Assembly (NCBI GenBank): GCA_002633005.1
Contig: NMRA01000187.1
Coordinates: 491,740 to 555,739, forward strand
DNA from: Phoronis australis
Taxonomy: Eukaryota > Animalia > Phoronida
Length of the DNA stretch: 64,000 nt
Direction of reading: 5' to 3'
The notes below the pieces were generated by a model. It ran no database searches. It saw only the letters and a program-made list of their open reading frames with translations, and was not told where the DNA came from. Shown here piece after piece: positions 42,001 to 53,853 of this stretch (position 1 is the first letter of the stretch; every line of letters begins with the position of its first letter). Both the position numbers and the translations under genes were made by a program.

Positions 42001-43677
42001 TAGTATATGCACACATAAGATTCACTTATAGTCCAACATGTGCATGTCACCATGGACACTACTTGCATGACAGTGTTAACTCTTTCAATGCCTAGTTTTC
42101 TAGAACTTCATTCCCGGGTGCCAAAATAAATTTTGAGGAAACCTATAACACAGAGTGCACATACTACTTTCTGCTCACACTGCTGGTGATAGTCAGAGCA
42201 AAATTCACCCCCACCTTGTAATCAGTGGTTCATTACACACAAAGGCAATGTTAGGCTGTGACCAGGATAAGTGATTTCTGGTAAAATGATTGTCACATCA
42301 ACATACTACACAAACTCAGGATAAAAACCTCTCCACTTTAGGACACAATATGGCCGACAAGAGAAATTTTGCTCTCTTCATTCTTTCATAGAAAATAAGT
42401 CGCACCAACGGAATGATCGATGATACTTAAAGATGTATACACTGGCTCCACCTGACAACGATTCTGGGAAATTGTGGGCACTCATGACAAAGTTGGCAGC
42501 CCTTGAACAATGGAAAGAGATTTTGGCAATTATTTTATTCAATATTGGTGGTCTTTCATCATAGAGTGCTAGTTCAGTATCCACATATTGCCGATGTGAG
42601 CGAATCTGCACCCAACTCTTTGTAAATTGCATGTCTTTTGAGATTTCGGCCACCAGGCTTGGTAATGATGTGATCACTTAGCAATGCTCTAAAATTGCTA
42701 TTTGCTGATGGGTTGTTATGAAACTTTCAGGGCATGGTATGCACACATGATATTCTAAATTACCAGATCACACACTGAGGCAGGTATTTGCTACGTGGAG
42801 TATTCAAGATTTCAATAAGGGATTTTGGTTGAAATTCATACCCCAATGGCCCTAGTACATCATACCTTGTCTCACATCTAACATTTCAACCTAGTCAATT
42901 AAACCTCGATAATAGACAGTTTAGAGGCCACTGCATGAATCGCAATTCAACAAGTAAGCGATCAATGGAAATATCTTCAAAAATGCAAAAACATTTAGGA
43001 TTTGGTATACTGTCTTCCTGTCATCTGCCAAATATGTTGTTTCACGTAAAACTGCAGTTATCTCCTATGAAATTACGGATTAACTGGGACAAAAAAGAGA
43101 AAGTACTCAACTTGATGATCGGCAAATTTGGGGGATGACTGGGTAACTTGTTGAAAGGCACGCTTGGCAGTGAAATAGTTAAACTGAATACCACTGTCTG
43201 CCATCTGGTAACAGACATATCAACTTTCCCTCACATTAACATTTTAGGAATTTTTTTTAAAGTTTTATGACAAGTCTCACGCATTATCCTAATTCCGGAT
43301 GTAGGTTCATCTTCACAACAGGTACATGAGACTAAATGTGCCTATATGAAAACAGGAAGTGACATCACGTAATACGTTGATTGGATCACAGTCGGAGAGG
43401 TCGCATTTCTGATACAGTTTTTTGCTACCATCATGCCGCTGATAAGCGACTTTATGGCGCAAGATAAAACTGAGGGAGACACAGCACCAAATAAATACCT
43501 TGACTAGAAAAGGACCAAAATTTCGCAATTTTGGTTTAACGAACAATATCCATTGCAAAAATAATTCCTTTAAATATCAACAAATGACAAATACCATATA
43601 CACTAGAACTGTTGAGAAAATTCATGGCTAGATGGCACAAGCACCCAGAAGTATAATGCGCCAGATCTTTCCATCTA

Positions 43678-43877
43678 TCAAGACTCCGTACTGCCTGAAG
43701 TCCCATATATGACTGTTGGAATGTGATTGGTCAGTTCTCGCTCAGGCACACTGTCAAATGTAGCCTCTTCCTCCTCCAAGTTCCGGTAAGTTTTCTCCTG
43801 CAGTTTTCGTCGGTAAAGCCATCGTGCCCACAGGGACAAGAGAAACATTTCACAAATGATGGTTGCGTGATTCATGG
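43678..43877 (-). CDS. SLC51A-like: OSTalpha/SLC51A-like transporter, coding exon 7 (last)
   Basis: Acceptor TTTTTCAG. The phase-1 join G+CC gives Ala, then MNHATIICEMFLLSLWARWLYRRK (last transmembrane helix plus the basic YRR motif of the family) through to the stop codon. Confidence 0.9.
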
Positions 43878-45630
43878 CTGAAAAAGTTTTATATCATTTG
43901 ATGCCAAATATCAAAGTCTCAGAGCATCTCTTCTTCAAAATAATATGTTACTCCCTGTCAGAAATGAGACAACAAGAACTGAATAGAAATAAAGAAAATG
44001 TCAGTGAGGATTAGACAAGCCAAGAGAATCTTTATTTTCTTGTCTTTATAAAAGTTAAGAAGCGTCAAACTAATGGTTTATCATGTTTAAATTCTGTACC
44101 ACACTGACCTACCAAAGGTAACATGCCGAGTTCAGTTCTAAACAATGTATTTTTACGTCTTCAAAAACTCCGCAATTTCTTGAAATCTTGAGCCACGTGA
44201 GTTTTGCCTGCTTTAAATGGCGAATGATTGAAACTGCGTTCCGTAGTGGTACTTACTTTTTATTATGCAGTAAATATGACGGTAAGAAGCTGACAAGTGA
44301 CAACATCAGCAAAATCAATGAAAACAACGTGTATCAGTGATTTCTGATAAAGCACCAGATTCCTTCAAATTGCCTTTTGTTCCCAAAAATACACCCAGTA
44401 AGTTTTTTGGGAAATAGGCGATTTTTCTTAAGTTGATCTTTCTGACCTCTTTGACGCATCCCGATATTCTTCAAGTCTTTGAAATGACCTAAATTTGCCG
44501 GTTGTAAGCATGACTTTTTCCACGTCACGTAAAGACTGAGCATCCATTTACACCAGAGGAATTTGAGAGCCTCACATCAAAGACTACCGCCCCCTTGGCA
44601 TACATGAACCCCAGGCGTGAATTGGGCAAAAAAAGAAAGAAAGACCCCTTCCATAGTTTTAAGATGAGGTCAATATAGCATAGTTGGTTCTGGTCTGTTT
44701 ATTTAAACCGAGTCCATGGGGTGGTATTTTTTTAGTTGCTCACTTTTTCAAAGGAGAAAATCCAACTGAGGTGAACAGTTTTCCTCATCTCTAACCCCTT
44801 CAGTGTGGGGAGGGCAAGCAGCACTCATATCAGTGTTCAAAAATAATTTTTCATCCCCATTGGCAACAGCGAACATAATAATAAAGTCACAATCTGGCTA
44901 GTTGCCAAATGGCGATAAAAAGATGGCCTTAAGAACAACAGATTTTGCTAAGAAAAATATTGTGTAAGTTACACTCAGAATAATGTTTGATGAATAGAAT
45001 TTTGGAGACAACACAGCGTTGTCTTGGGAAGAGTAATCTTGGCCGCAATGCAGACGATCCATGACTGTGCAAGACTTCACTCGAATACTATTTCAACTAG
45101 TACTGTTATGAGGCAAGTTTTGTACCATTTACAAGTAATCATGCACTGCATGGTGTTTCAAACCTTGCTTACTCTTGCTTATGTACTTCATGCAAAAAAC
45201 GCGAAACCTGGACCGAAACTGCTGAGGGTGAGTACTTTTACACGTCAGTGAGCGCATGTCTTAAAATGAGCAAAGGTAACGACTGGAAACAACTGTGGCT
45301 GTTGTGGCTTCATAGAGTTCAGCCCAAAATATTACAACATAACAACAAACTTTTCCTAACACTTGAAAAGCTCTTACAGGTGTTTTTCCTTCCTTCTTTT
45401 TGGTGATGAATGCTTTATTGGAAAATTCCCATAACTACCACAAACAAGTTGTTTTTGAGTTCCAAGATTCAGGAAGATAAGAATGCCAAAGCAATATGAA
45501 AAGTTTGCACCATGCTTGAAATTTTGCTCTGGGAGAACTCCGATCATTTCTAACCTTGATAAGGAACCTCCAAAATTGAGGCTGCATGCATAATTAATTT
45601 AGGAGGATGGGTATCCGTGGCAACACTTAC

Positions 45631-45883
45631 CAGCACCTTGAGACTTGGATGACAGAGGTGGCTCACAAGGTATGATACCGGTCGATGCCAGGATGTTGAA
45701 GACAAATCCTTGCAGGTTGCTGAAGATAATGACAAGCTGAAGAGCTATGAACTTGGATGTGATCTTGAACACCTTCAGGGGTTCTTTGGACACCCGGAAC
45801 ACCACGACGAGACCGTACATGGCAGTGAGTGCAGAGATGGTGTTGACAATGGTTATCCAAAAATATGCTCTACCAGGGTTGAT
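45631..45883 (-). CDS. SLC51A-like: OSTalpha/SLC51A-like transporter, coding exon 6
   Basis: Acceptor CCTTTCCAG, donor G|GTAAGT, 253 nt. Translation INPGRAYFWITIVNTISALTAMYGL...KFIALQLVIIFSNLQGFVFNILASTGIIPCEPPLSS resembles OSTalpha (KF..Q...Q and I.C.PP motifs). Confidence 0.93.
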
Positions 45884-46833
45884 CTGGAAAGGTTGAATGC
45901 CAACGATTACAGCTACACCTCTGCTGTCCAGAATACGGTAAGCCAAAAACTTTGTGCTATAATAGCACCAGGTTCAACAGTCAGGCGGAATTGTTATAGT
46001 CACATTTTGGAAGTGCTACTATATGTGACTGAGTCAAAAGTGCTTCGGCCATTCTCTATAGCAATAGAATTGGTTGGCAAGGAAAATTTTGAGATTGAAG
46101 TTGTGGTTTTGATTGTGTTCTTTATTCCCAACAGCTAAACAGAAAAAAGCCTTCAACTTCTTAGCTTTTCTTTAACAATTTGAATTGAAATTATAAACAC
46201 TTACTATTGCTTCAAAACTTCACCAACTGATGACAGGATATGGCAGGCAGGAAAAATGTTGTTTTCTCACTTTATCATAAGGATATGAAGCACCAAAATA
46301 CTATTTTGCCATGTGCAGGTTCTGATTCACTATACCTAACACCAGACAATATTTTGAAAAATTGGGCTTTCACATCAATGTTAGACGACCTTCAAAATGA
46401 AAATGGTTAATATTGGCAATTATTTTTGTCCAAAATTGTTGAAATCTAAATGCATATGAAAATCTGTCCACATGTATATCTACCAATGATAGCAGCTTTT
46501 GTTGTGAAGTATCAGTGCATCTAAAGCATGTTAAACATTTGCCCGCATGCCAAAAACAAGATAATGCAAGAGTTGTTCAATAAATATCATGCTATTATTC
46601 TTCAAAAGATGAATCAAAGTTGTTCAAATATAACAGCAGTGCTGCATCCTATCACCACTAGTATAACCTACATCACTGCAATTATTGTAAACCAAGCTGC
46701 AAGTCATGTTGTGAACATGCAATTCCAAGGTGAGTTACAAATTCTGAGTTGACACACTTTCTACAGTGTATCATGACCTGCAATCCTAATAAACACATTT
46801 TAATGTGCACCTAAATACCTAGGGTGACATGAA

Positions 46834-46976
46834 GCACAGGTCACAAATTTTTACCTGACTGGTTGAAAATGGGACGGTGAGCGCTCACTGACTGGTCAGA
46901 AAATAGCCAACAGGCACGCCAATTTTAGTAAACTGCCTCATTGCCAACTAGTTGGATAAAAATTCGTGAACAGTGC
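46834..46976. mobile_element. MITE-like element with ~32 bp imperfect terminal inverted repeats
   Basis: GCACAGGTCACAAATTTTTACCTGACTGGTTG compared with the reverse complement of the right end, GCACTGTTCACGAATTTTTATCCAACTAGTTG. Confidence 0.65.
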
Positions 46977-47228
46977 AATAGGCCTAGGCTGGTTGGGGGA
47001 TACACAATTATTTGTGAGTGAGGTCATCAGTACAAAAGTCACATGCAGCTCCACCTTTTGAACATCGCTAAAATCGTACAAAACGAAAGTTCACAACTTT
47101 TTAACGCACCAAATTATTTAGCAATTTATCCCACTGCATTTTTGAGCAAGTGCAAATTGATGGATAGATTCTTGCAGTCAGCTCCTTTGCTGTAATCTGT
47201 CTCTAATTTGTTTAATTCAACGGCAAAA

Positions 47229-47625
47229 AAGTGACTCCCAATAGTGCAACCCCTGAACTACAGAAAGAATCGAACCCAGTGCATGCGTAATTCCTCAGTG
47301 GGAAAGTAACAATACAATTAATAAATATATTTGTGACTCCAAATACTGAAACCCATGAACTACAGAAAGAATCTAAACTAGTGCATGCGAAATTCCTCTG
47401 TGAGAAAGTAACAATGCAAATTAAATATAAGTGACTCCAAATACCAAAACCCATGAACTACAGAAAGAATCGAACCCAATGCATGCGTAATTCCTCTGTG
47501 AGAAAGTAACAATGCAAATAATAACTATAAGTGACTCCCAAAACTGCAACCCATGAACTACAGAAAGAATCAAACCCAGTGCATGGTGTAATTCTTCAGT
47601 GAGAAAGTAACAATGCAAATAATAA
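47229..47625. repeat. Minisatellite, about 4 x 100 bp
   Basis: The unit GTGACTCC...ACCCATGAACTACAGAAAGAATC...GCATGCGTAATTCCTCTGTGAGAAAGTAACAATGCAAAT recurs near 47230, 47333, 47430 and 47530. Confidence 0.92.
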
Positions 47626-48750
47626 ACAGACTGGTACATCTGTTGATGAGTGACTACCTCCAAAGGGTTTGGCTGACTTCTCTCCTGCCATGGAGTAATA
47701 TCATTATCGATACCTGAATGCTCTTATTTAAAATCATCAAATCAATGTAAAACAAAGAGTCGCAGAGACCTGTTTCAAAGACTAAACAAATAGAGTGAAT
47801 ACAACTCCACGAGACAAGCAACATTTGAGGATTTCAAAGGCATGTCCCGCAGCAAAGACTTGAGTACAGCCATTTTGTTCAACTCATCCTCTTAACTATA
47901 GATATCGTTGCCCGATTAATATGACGGGTCGTTAAGTTGTCAAGTCCAATCTTAGCTATGACCCTCATAACTCTGATTTTGATTTGCACTCATTTCTTTA
48001 ATATAGCTCATTAGGTTGATAATTTTTTCACATAGACTTAAGGTCAGTTGCAACAAAAGTTCTAAAGCGTGCGGGGTCGTGTTTGCAATAACCTGCCTTA
48101 GACCAAAAATTCATGGGTACAGGAAGGATTGGAGTCCCAAAATTAATAGCCAAAGGTAGAACAATGTATAGTTGCACGAGCACAAACATTGCACTGCATG
48201 ATCAGGATAGACAATCTTTCTCCTTCATGTTTTACACAGGCCTTCTCATGTAGGTAATATTCTCATTAAGTCCTTTCCCCAACTCAGTTCTTTTAACTCT
48301 CAAAACTGCATTTTTTTCACGTCTAACACGAGACACGAGTCAGGAAAGTTTAACTATTTGCTGTATGCGCTTGATGTGAAGTATCAAACTGGTCTGCACA
48401 TGTCAACTAGGAACATAGTTATGTGGTTTATGAGAAAAGCATTGAATATGATAGACTTAATCGAATTGCGGCACTAGATGGAGCATCAGCTCATGAGAAA
48501 AGAAGAGCATCAATGAGAAAAGAACGCTGTTCATGAGAACACACTTACGGTCCATGAGGGAAGAACATTGTGTGCCCTGATGATGCAGATTTTGTACACT
48601 ACAGTTAAATGAATCATTTTAAAGCTGCTATTAAGCCAGATTCTGTTGTCAACAACAACAAGCACGACCAAAATCTTACACGATAGCATACTTTTGCATT
48701 GAGAAAAGAAGACAATCCAAATATATCAGTCTTTAAGTCAATCAACCTAC

Positions 48751-48862
48751 ATCTCCTGCACGATAACCCCCATCACTCCACAGGACAGCAGCGATAAACA
48801 TAAGCAATGGACGCATGATAGCCACTTGGAGTACAGCTATCTTGATCCTCCACAGGTTTCGC
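48751..48862 (-). CDS. SLC51A-like: OSTalpha/SLC51A-like transporter, coding exon 5
   Basis: Not in the ORF track. Acceptor GGTTTCCAG, donor GAT|GTAGGT, 112 nt. Hand translation: RNLWRIKIAVLQVAIMRPLLMFIAAVLWSDGGYRAGD. Phases (2 in, 0 out) fit both neighbours. Confidence 0.9.
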
Positions 48863-49741
48863 CTGGAAACCAAATAACAAACACATAACCGAGCTGTCCA
48901 ATGGCATTATCACAGGTGGTGGGCTTTGAGCCCTCAACTGATGGTAAGAATGACCGGTCTAAATAAACTTGCAGATATTTCAAAGCTTGTCTTGATTAAA
49001 ATGAAGAGAATCAATGGAAATTCCGACAGCGCAATCGTTGCTTGAAGCAAGTAGTGGAAGGAAGTCCTATATCAGCACCTATTGGTCGTCGAACTAAGGT
49101 CTACAGTTACAGTGCAACAAGAAAAAACTTAATTTGGATTCATAGGAGCCATGTAATGTCATCTTGTTGGTGTACTCCAAGACAAACAACAAAGCATAGC
49201 GAAAAAACAGAAGAAACAAAAAAGAAAAAGCTCTTGAAACTTCAGTATCTACCAAACAAGCCAAGAACTTGTTAGAGAAAAAATTAGCATTATTGCTCGA
49301 ATCATTTTGAAACTTGTGCCTAGAGGCGGTCAACTGGTGGTGCTAGATAAAACAGAAGGATCCCAATCCATTTGAGCTTACATCAGGTGGCGCTGAGGGA
49401 AAAAAATGAAAGAATGATCATGGACCGGTCGGACGTTACTGGGAAAAAACAGATCTCGACCCATGTCATCTGGCATTAGGCGACTCTTTCCCATTTGAAA
49501 ATATGGACAAGCAAATAATACTACAGACCAGAACCAAAAATGCTATTTTTAGCCTAAAAAGTTTATTCACTCGGTTATCATCAAAATAGCCATAAGGCAT
49601 GACTGCAAAAACAAAGCTGTATCTTCACACAAGACCCATTTTTACATTTCATTCTTATTTTATTTAATGATGTGTTCAACTGGAAAAACTTGATTGTATT
49701 TTTACAACAGTCTCTAGCTATGACTGGACAAATGAACTTAC

Positions 49742-49903
49742 AGTGTTAGTCTAGTCTTTGGCAAACAGCAGACACAGCAGCAGGCCAAAGGGGGCTGACT
49801 GAGAGAGACCTCTATCTGCGACAAGGCTAAACACATCTTTTCCTCACCACCATAATAGTTGATGATGAGACGAAGGAACTCAAACAGGCAGACAGACAGA
49901 TAG
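49742..49903 (-). CDS. SLC51A-like: OSTalpha/SLC51A-like transporter, coding exon 4 (cysteine-rich motif)
   Basis: Acceptor CCATTTCAG, donor CT|GTAAGT, 162 nt. Translation YLSVCLFEFLRLIINYYGGEEKM...PPLACCCVCCLP contains the GG motif and the cysteine cluster typical of OSTalpha. Confidence 0.94.
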
Positions 49904-50993
49904 CTGAAATGGAAATAAATTAAGATTAAGTAGGACCCTTGAAAAATGGCCAAATTTGGCTATCTTTGGAATGTCGTATCTCAAAAAAGAATCATCTAAT
50001 TGACATGAAATTTTCAGATAGTATGGCTTTGTTCTCCAAAACATTGTAAGAAATTGTTTTTAAAATGTTCCACTTTTGCACGAGACGCTGTCACTTTTAT
50101 CATTAAATTTTGATGAAAAACTGAAAAGCTGCATGTGAAAAATAAATGGTAATTAAGAAAACTGTAAAAGCGTTACTGAAATTTTATATTGGCCACTTTT
50201 AGCAAATGAGATTTGGTCACATTTATTTTACTGAAATCAATGTTTCGGTATGAATATTTACCTACCTTTAAATTCACAGGATCACGTGACCCAAGTGGGT
50301 GTAGTTTGGTACAAAGTCAAAATCAAATCCAGACTTTCCACTTTCAGAAAATATATACTTATGCAGAGTCAATTTCTACAGTTTTGTAGATATTTGGCTA
50401 AACATACAGATTTGTCAATAAGGTCCTACATAAATGTAACACATGTTAAAATAAACATTTTGCAAACTCAGAAACTGATGTGTTGGTGCTTCAAATTTTA
50501 TTCATTAGTCTTTGTAACTGGTCATGATTCCGTGCAGTTTTTATACAAACTGCACGTAAGAACACACTGTTGAGACGCATGCTTCAATCATATCCATAAT
50601 CTAGGAGGAGCTATGAAAACTAAAAGCAATGGAAAGGGTCAATTGTCTATTGGCTCAAAAATATAACAGTGACTCTTGCAATGGAAACAAAGGTGCATTA
50701 TACCAGTCTTACTACCATGATAAGACTCTATTTCCCTCACGAACAAGAACACCAAAACAATCATGTCAGCCTATTCATATGGTATCAAGGCAGATCTGTC
50801 AGCCATTATGAGGGCTCAGACATCCTACTGGAATTCACTGAGAATTTCTTTTAATATCTGATGAGATGGCAATCTGCTTGCTGATCAGGTGTACCATGAA
50901 GTCTCACCAAGTTAAGACACACTACGGCAGTGGACAAATGAAATTTTGTTTTTTCGAATAAACATTTCTGGCACAACGTAAATGGAGACTCAC

Positions 50994-51067
50994 ATGGCGG
51001 ACACTAGATCGCACAGTGTACTTGACCTTGGCACCATAATACCAAGCAAAGATGTGACGGAAAATGC
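50994..51067 (-). CDS. SLC51A-like: OSTalpha/SLC51A-like transporter, coding exon 3
   Basis: Not in the ORF track. Acceptor CTATTCCAG, donor AT|GTGAGT, 74 nt. Translation AFSVTSLLGIMVPRSSTLCDLVSA contains the conserved PRS motif. Confidence 0.9.
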
Positions 51068-52071
51068 CTGGAATAGAGACAATTCAATCTCAGCCAATGC
51101 TTTCCACAAATGAATAATTTAGAACTGCCATCCTAATGGCTAAGTTCAAGCGAAATTGGTGATGACATATTACAGTCATTGTAATGGTAACATTGATTTT
51201 TTGCTTAAAAACTTGTAGATGCCCCGTGAAATTTTCAAATTTAGTAGTTTACATCAGATCCTTCTCTAGGAATAGTCTGTGACATATAGACATAGCATGT
51301 CATTTCTTAAATATCACTTCACCACTGTTTACTGACTGGAAAACGAAAATGAGATGCAATGACTTCCAATTTAAAACAGGTCAATCCCGTGACACGAAAA
51401 TAACCTTTTCCCGTGAATGCATTGCAGATCAGCTGTTGGTTTCGACTCTTTGGTTACGAATTTGAAATTTATTTAAAGTGACCGCTAAAAAGGGTAAAAT
51501 GCAGCTTTAACTACCATTTTCTTGTTTTTCAGAAACATAATAAATAAAGATGCATTAAACTTCAATTTTACTAAATCAAAACTTTTGATTTACAACACTT
51601 TAACCATTAGAAATTAATCTCAAATTTTCCTTATTCAGGTTAGAAGTGATTTTTGGCCTTCGAATGGGAATTAGGAGTTTAATATAGTTAGAAGACCAAG
51701 CTCAAAGTGCTTTGACTCGGAGGGTGGTTTTAATGCACTGTGCATCATGTCAAACATTAACACACTATAATCGTTTTTTGGAAACGCGAACTAATGACTC
51801 CAAAATGTGAATAAGGAACAAGGCAAAGACAGCAGAAGAGAAGATCACTGCAGCTTTGTTCAAATCTTTCAAATAATTGGATTGAAGCATTACAATGCTG
51901 ATGAAAAAATGCAGCAGATTTTTGGCAACTGACATACTTCATATTTCATAAATCCGAAATTGAAGTTCACATTGACTTAATTCATTTTTTACAAAAATTA
52001 TCGATATACATTAACACAAAAAACACAGAAAGGAAAATCAGTGAGGCAATGACACTTCCAGACATACTTAC

Positions 52072-52226
52072 CGGATACATCCCCAACAACCACATGGTTC
52101 TAGACCGTTTCCTCCAGCAGTCCAAGTGTTGGAGAATAAAACTTAGTTCCTCGATGAATATTCCGACGCACAGCAATGTTAGGAGCGACAGCACTGTCAT
52201 CAGGACAATGCCACCCACTGACAAGT
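52072..52226 (-). CDS. SLC51A-like: OSTalpha/SLC51A-like transporter, coding exon 2
   Basis: Acceptor CTACATCTAG, donor CCG|GTAAGT, 155 nt. Translation DLSVGGIVLMTVLSLLTLLCVGIFIEELSFI...TMWLLGMYP covers TM1 with the F.EE motif. Confidence 0.92.
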
Positions 52227-52273
52227 CTAGATGTAGAAGGTTTGTAAAGTACAAATTAATTGTTTGATATTAT

Positions 52274-52762
52274 TTTCACAACCACAAAAGCATGCCTTGA
52301 CAGTTTCGGCTCCTCACAGCAGCCATCTTCCAAAGTTATTGGTCACTAGGTGACATGGTGATGATGCTGTTCCAAACTTTAGACAACTTATACCCTCCAT
52401 TGTTCCTGTTCATAACTTAACCACTTTTTCTGTCCCAGATAGACTCTCTTATCCATCTAGATCTTAAATTATTTTCCGACTTAACAGGACTAGCATCATC
52501 CCAGTTAATTACATTGATTAAAACAATTAGCTGGGATGATGCTCGTCCTGTTGAGTTGGAAAATAATTTAAGATCTAGACCTTTAAGAGTTTTTCTAGGT
52601 CAGAAAAAGCAGCTCACTTATAAACAGGGACCATGGAGGGTATAAGTTGTTTAAAATTTGGAACCGTCTGATCGCCATGCCACCTAGTGTCCAATAACTT
52701 CAGAAGATGGCTGCTGAGATGAGCCAAAACTGAAGGTATTAAATGCTTTTCTGGTTGTGAAC
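52274..52762. mobile_element. Inverted pair of Penelope-like retroelement 3' ends (GIY-YIG C-terminal remnant plus decayed hammerhead) forming a ~490 bp foldback
   Basis: Arms of about 235 bp are reverse complements around ~52517. The left arm on - translates to VINWDDASPVKSENNLRSRWIRESIWDRKSG*VMNRNNGGYKLSKVWNSII. The right arm on + gives LINRDHGGYKLFKIWNRLI. Both match my recollection of the Penelope-like endonuclease C-terminus (IDW...R.I.E.IWIR...MNRD.G.Y.LS.VW). Confidence 0.8.
52295..52335 (-). ncRNA. Degenerate minimal type I hammerhead ribozyme (left arm)
   Basis: Minus strand reads CTT-TGGAAGA-T-GGCT-gctgtgagg-AGCC-GAAAC-T-GTC-AAGG. Stem I is CTT/AAG, stem II is GGCT/AGCC, the GAAA box and GUC triplet are present, and the CUGANGA box is mutated to UGGAAGA. 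Confidence 0.55.
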
Positions 52763-53801
52763 ATAAAAAAACAACCAATTTCATAGAACTCAAGCAAACT
52801 AGCCACTGAGGATGCTACATTAAAAGCAATTTGTCCCAAAATTGGCACTACTCAATAGAAAACAATGATTTCCGGTGTGTTATTGTCTCAAGATTGCCAA
52901 ATAAAAGTTAAACACAAAAATTTTGTAGGTCAATATTTATGATTTCCAAGACATAGAACACAGCGAAAAGGGAAAACAAAAAATTCTATAATTTGGGAAG
53001 TGAATAATAAATGAATTTGCTCAAGGTCGGAGCCCATACCAAAAATTTAGAAATAGGCAATATCGACTGTCCCAAATTCAAGAATCTCAAAAGAGGCGAA
53101 TTTTGTTGGCAGCTATTTTCAACAGTTTTACCTCAGACTTTTTTAATAGAAAATGCAATGTTCTATATTTGAGAGACATAATGAATGCCAACATTACCTG
53201 TATCCCAATACTCAGGATCAAGAAAATTTCATGTTGGAGTGAATTTCAACCTCCCAAATTTTAGAGGCTGTCCCAAACTGAAGAATTTTCACGGTAATAA
53301 ACAAAATGTATAACAAACACATTGTATGCTAAAATCTAACTAACTTCAGAAAAAGACCAAAAATTGGTCAAAAAATTTTCAGACACACATTTGCAGCCAA
53401 TACAAAAAAAACTTGCAAGTTTAGTACAAAAATTCATGTTGATCTCCGTGAAAAATCATATTTTCTTCCTGATTGTGAATATTCAGGCATGGAAATTTTA
53501 ATATTCATCATATTTCTCAAATATTGGACACCGCACTTTCTATCAACGAAATACGAAATTAGACATGACACTTCATGAAATTGTATAAAATTGTCACTGA
53601 CACAATATTTCTATGTATCTGGACAGTGTGTAAAATCGAGATGAAGGATTGTTTGCTGTTGCTCCCAATTCTTGCATTTGACAAGGCCAAAATTGCCCAT
53701 TTCTAAAATTTGGTACAAGCTCTGACCTGGATAATTTTTACACACATATTGTATCACACTGTAAATTTTGTAGAAGGTTTAGTAGAAAACAACCCACCTA
53801 C

Positions 53802-53853
53802 CAGCAAATAGTTCACTGGCACTAGGGATGGTGCCATTTATACAGTGCTCCAT
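53802..53853 (-). CDS. SLC51A-like: OSTalpha/SLC51A-like transporter, coding exon 1 (exon extends to an acceptor at 53892)
   Basis: Not in the ORF track. AAAATGG start context, MEHCINGTIPSASELFA, donor G|GTAGGT at phase 1, joining exon 2 as GAC. The seven exons sum to 52+155+74+162+112+253+200=1008 nt (335 aa), close to vertebrate OSTalpha length. Confidence 0.8.

Noticed and set aside
41492-42025. 177 aa and 106 aa MYVC-repeat ORFs
   Set aside because: They are translations of the (TACA)n microsatellite.
45710-46138. 142 aa plus-strand ORF
   Set aside because: It is an antisense shadow of transporter exon 6.
47229-47625. Regularly spaced repeats resembling a CRISPR array (also 60449-60645 and 56-57.5 kb)
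   Set aside because: Whole units are repeated with no unique spacers, there are no cas genes, and the context is a eukaryotic intron.
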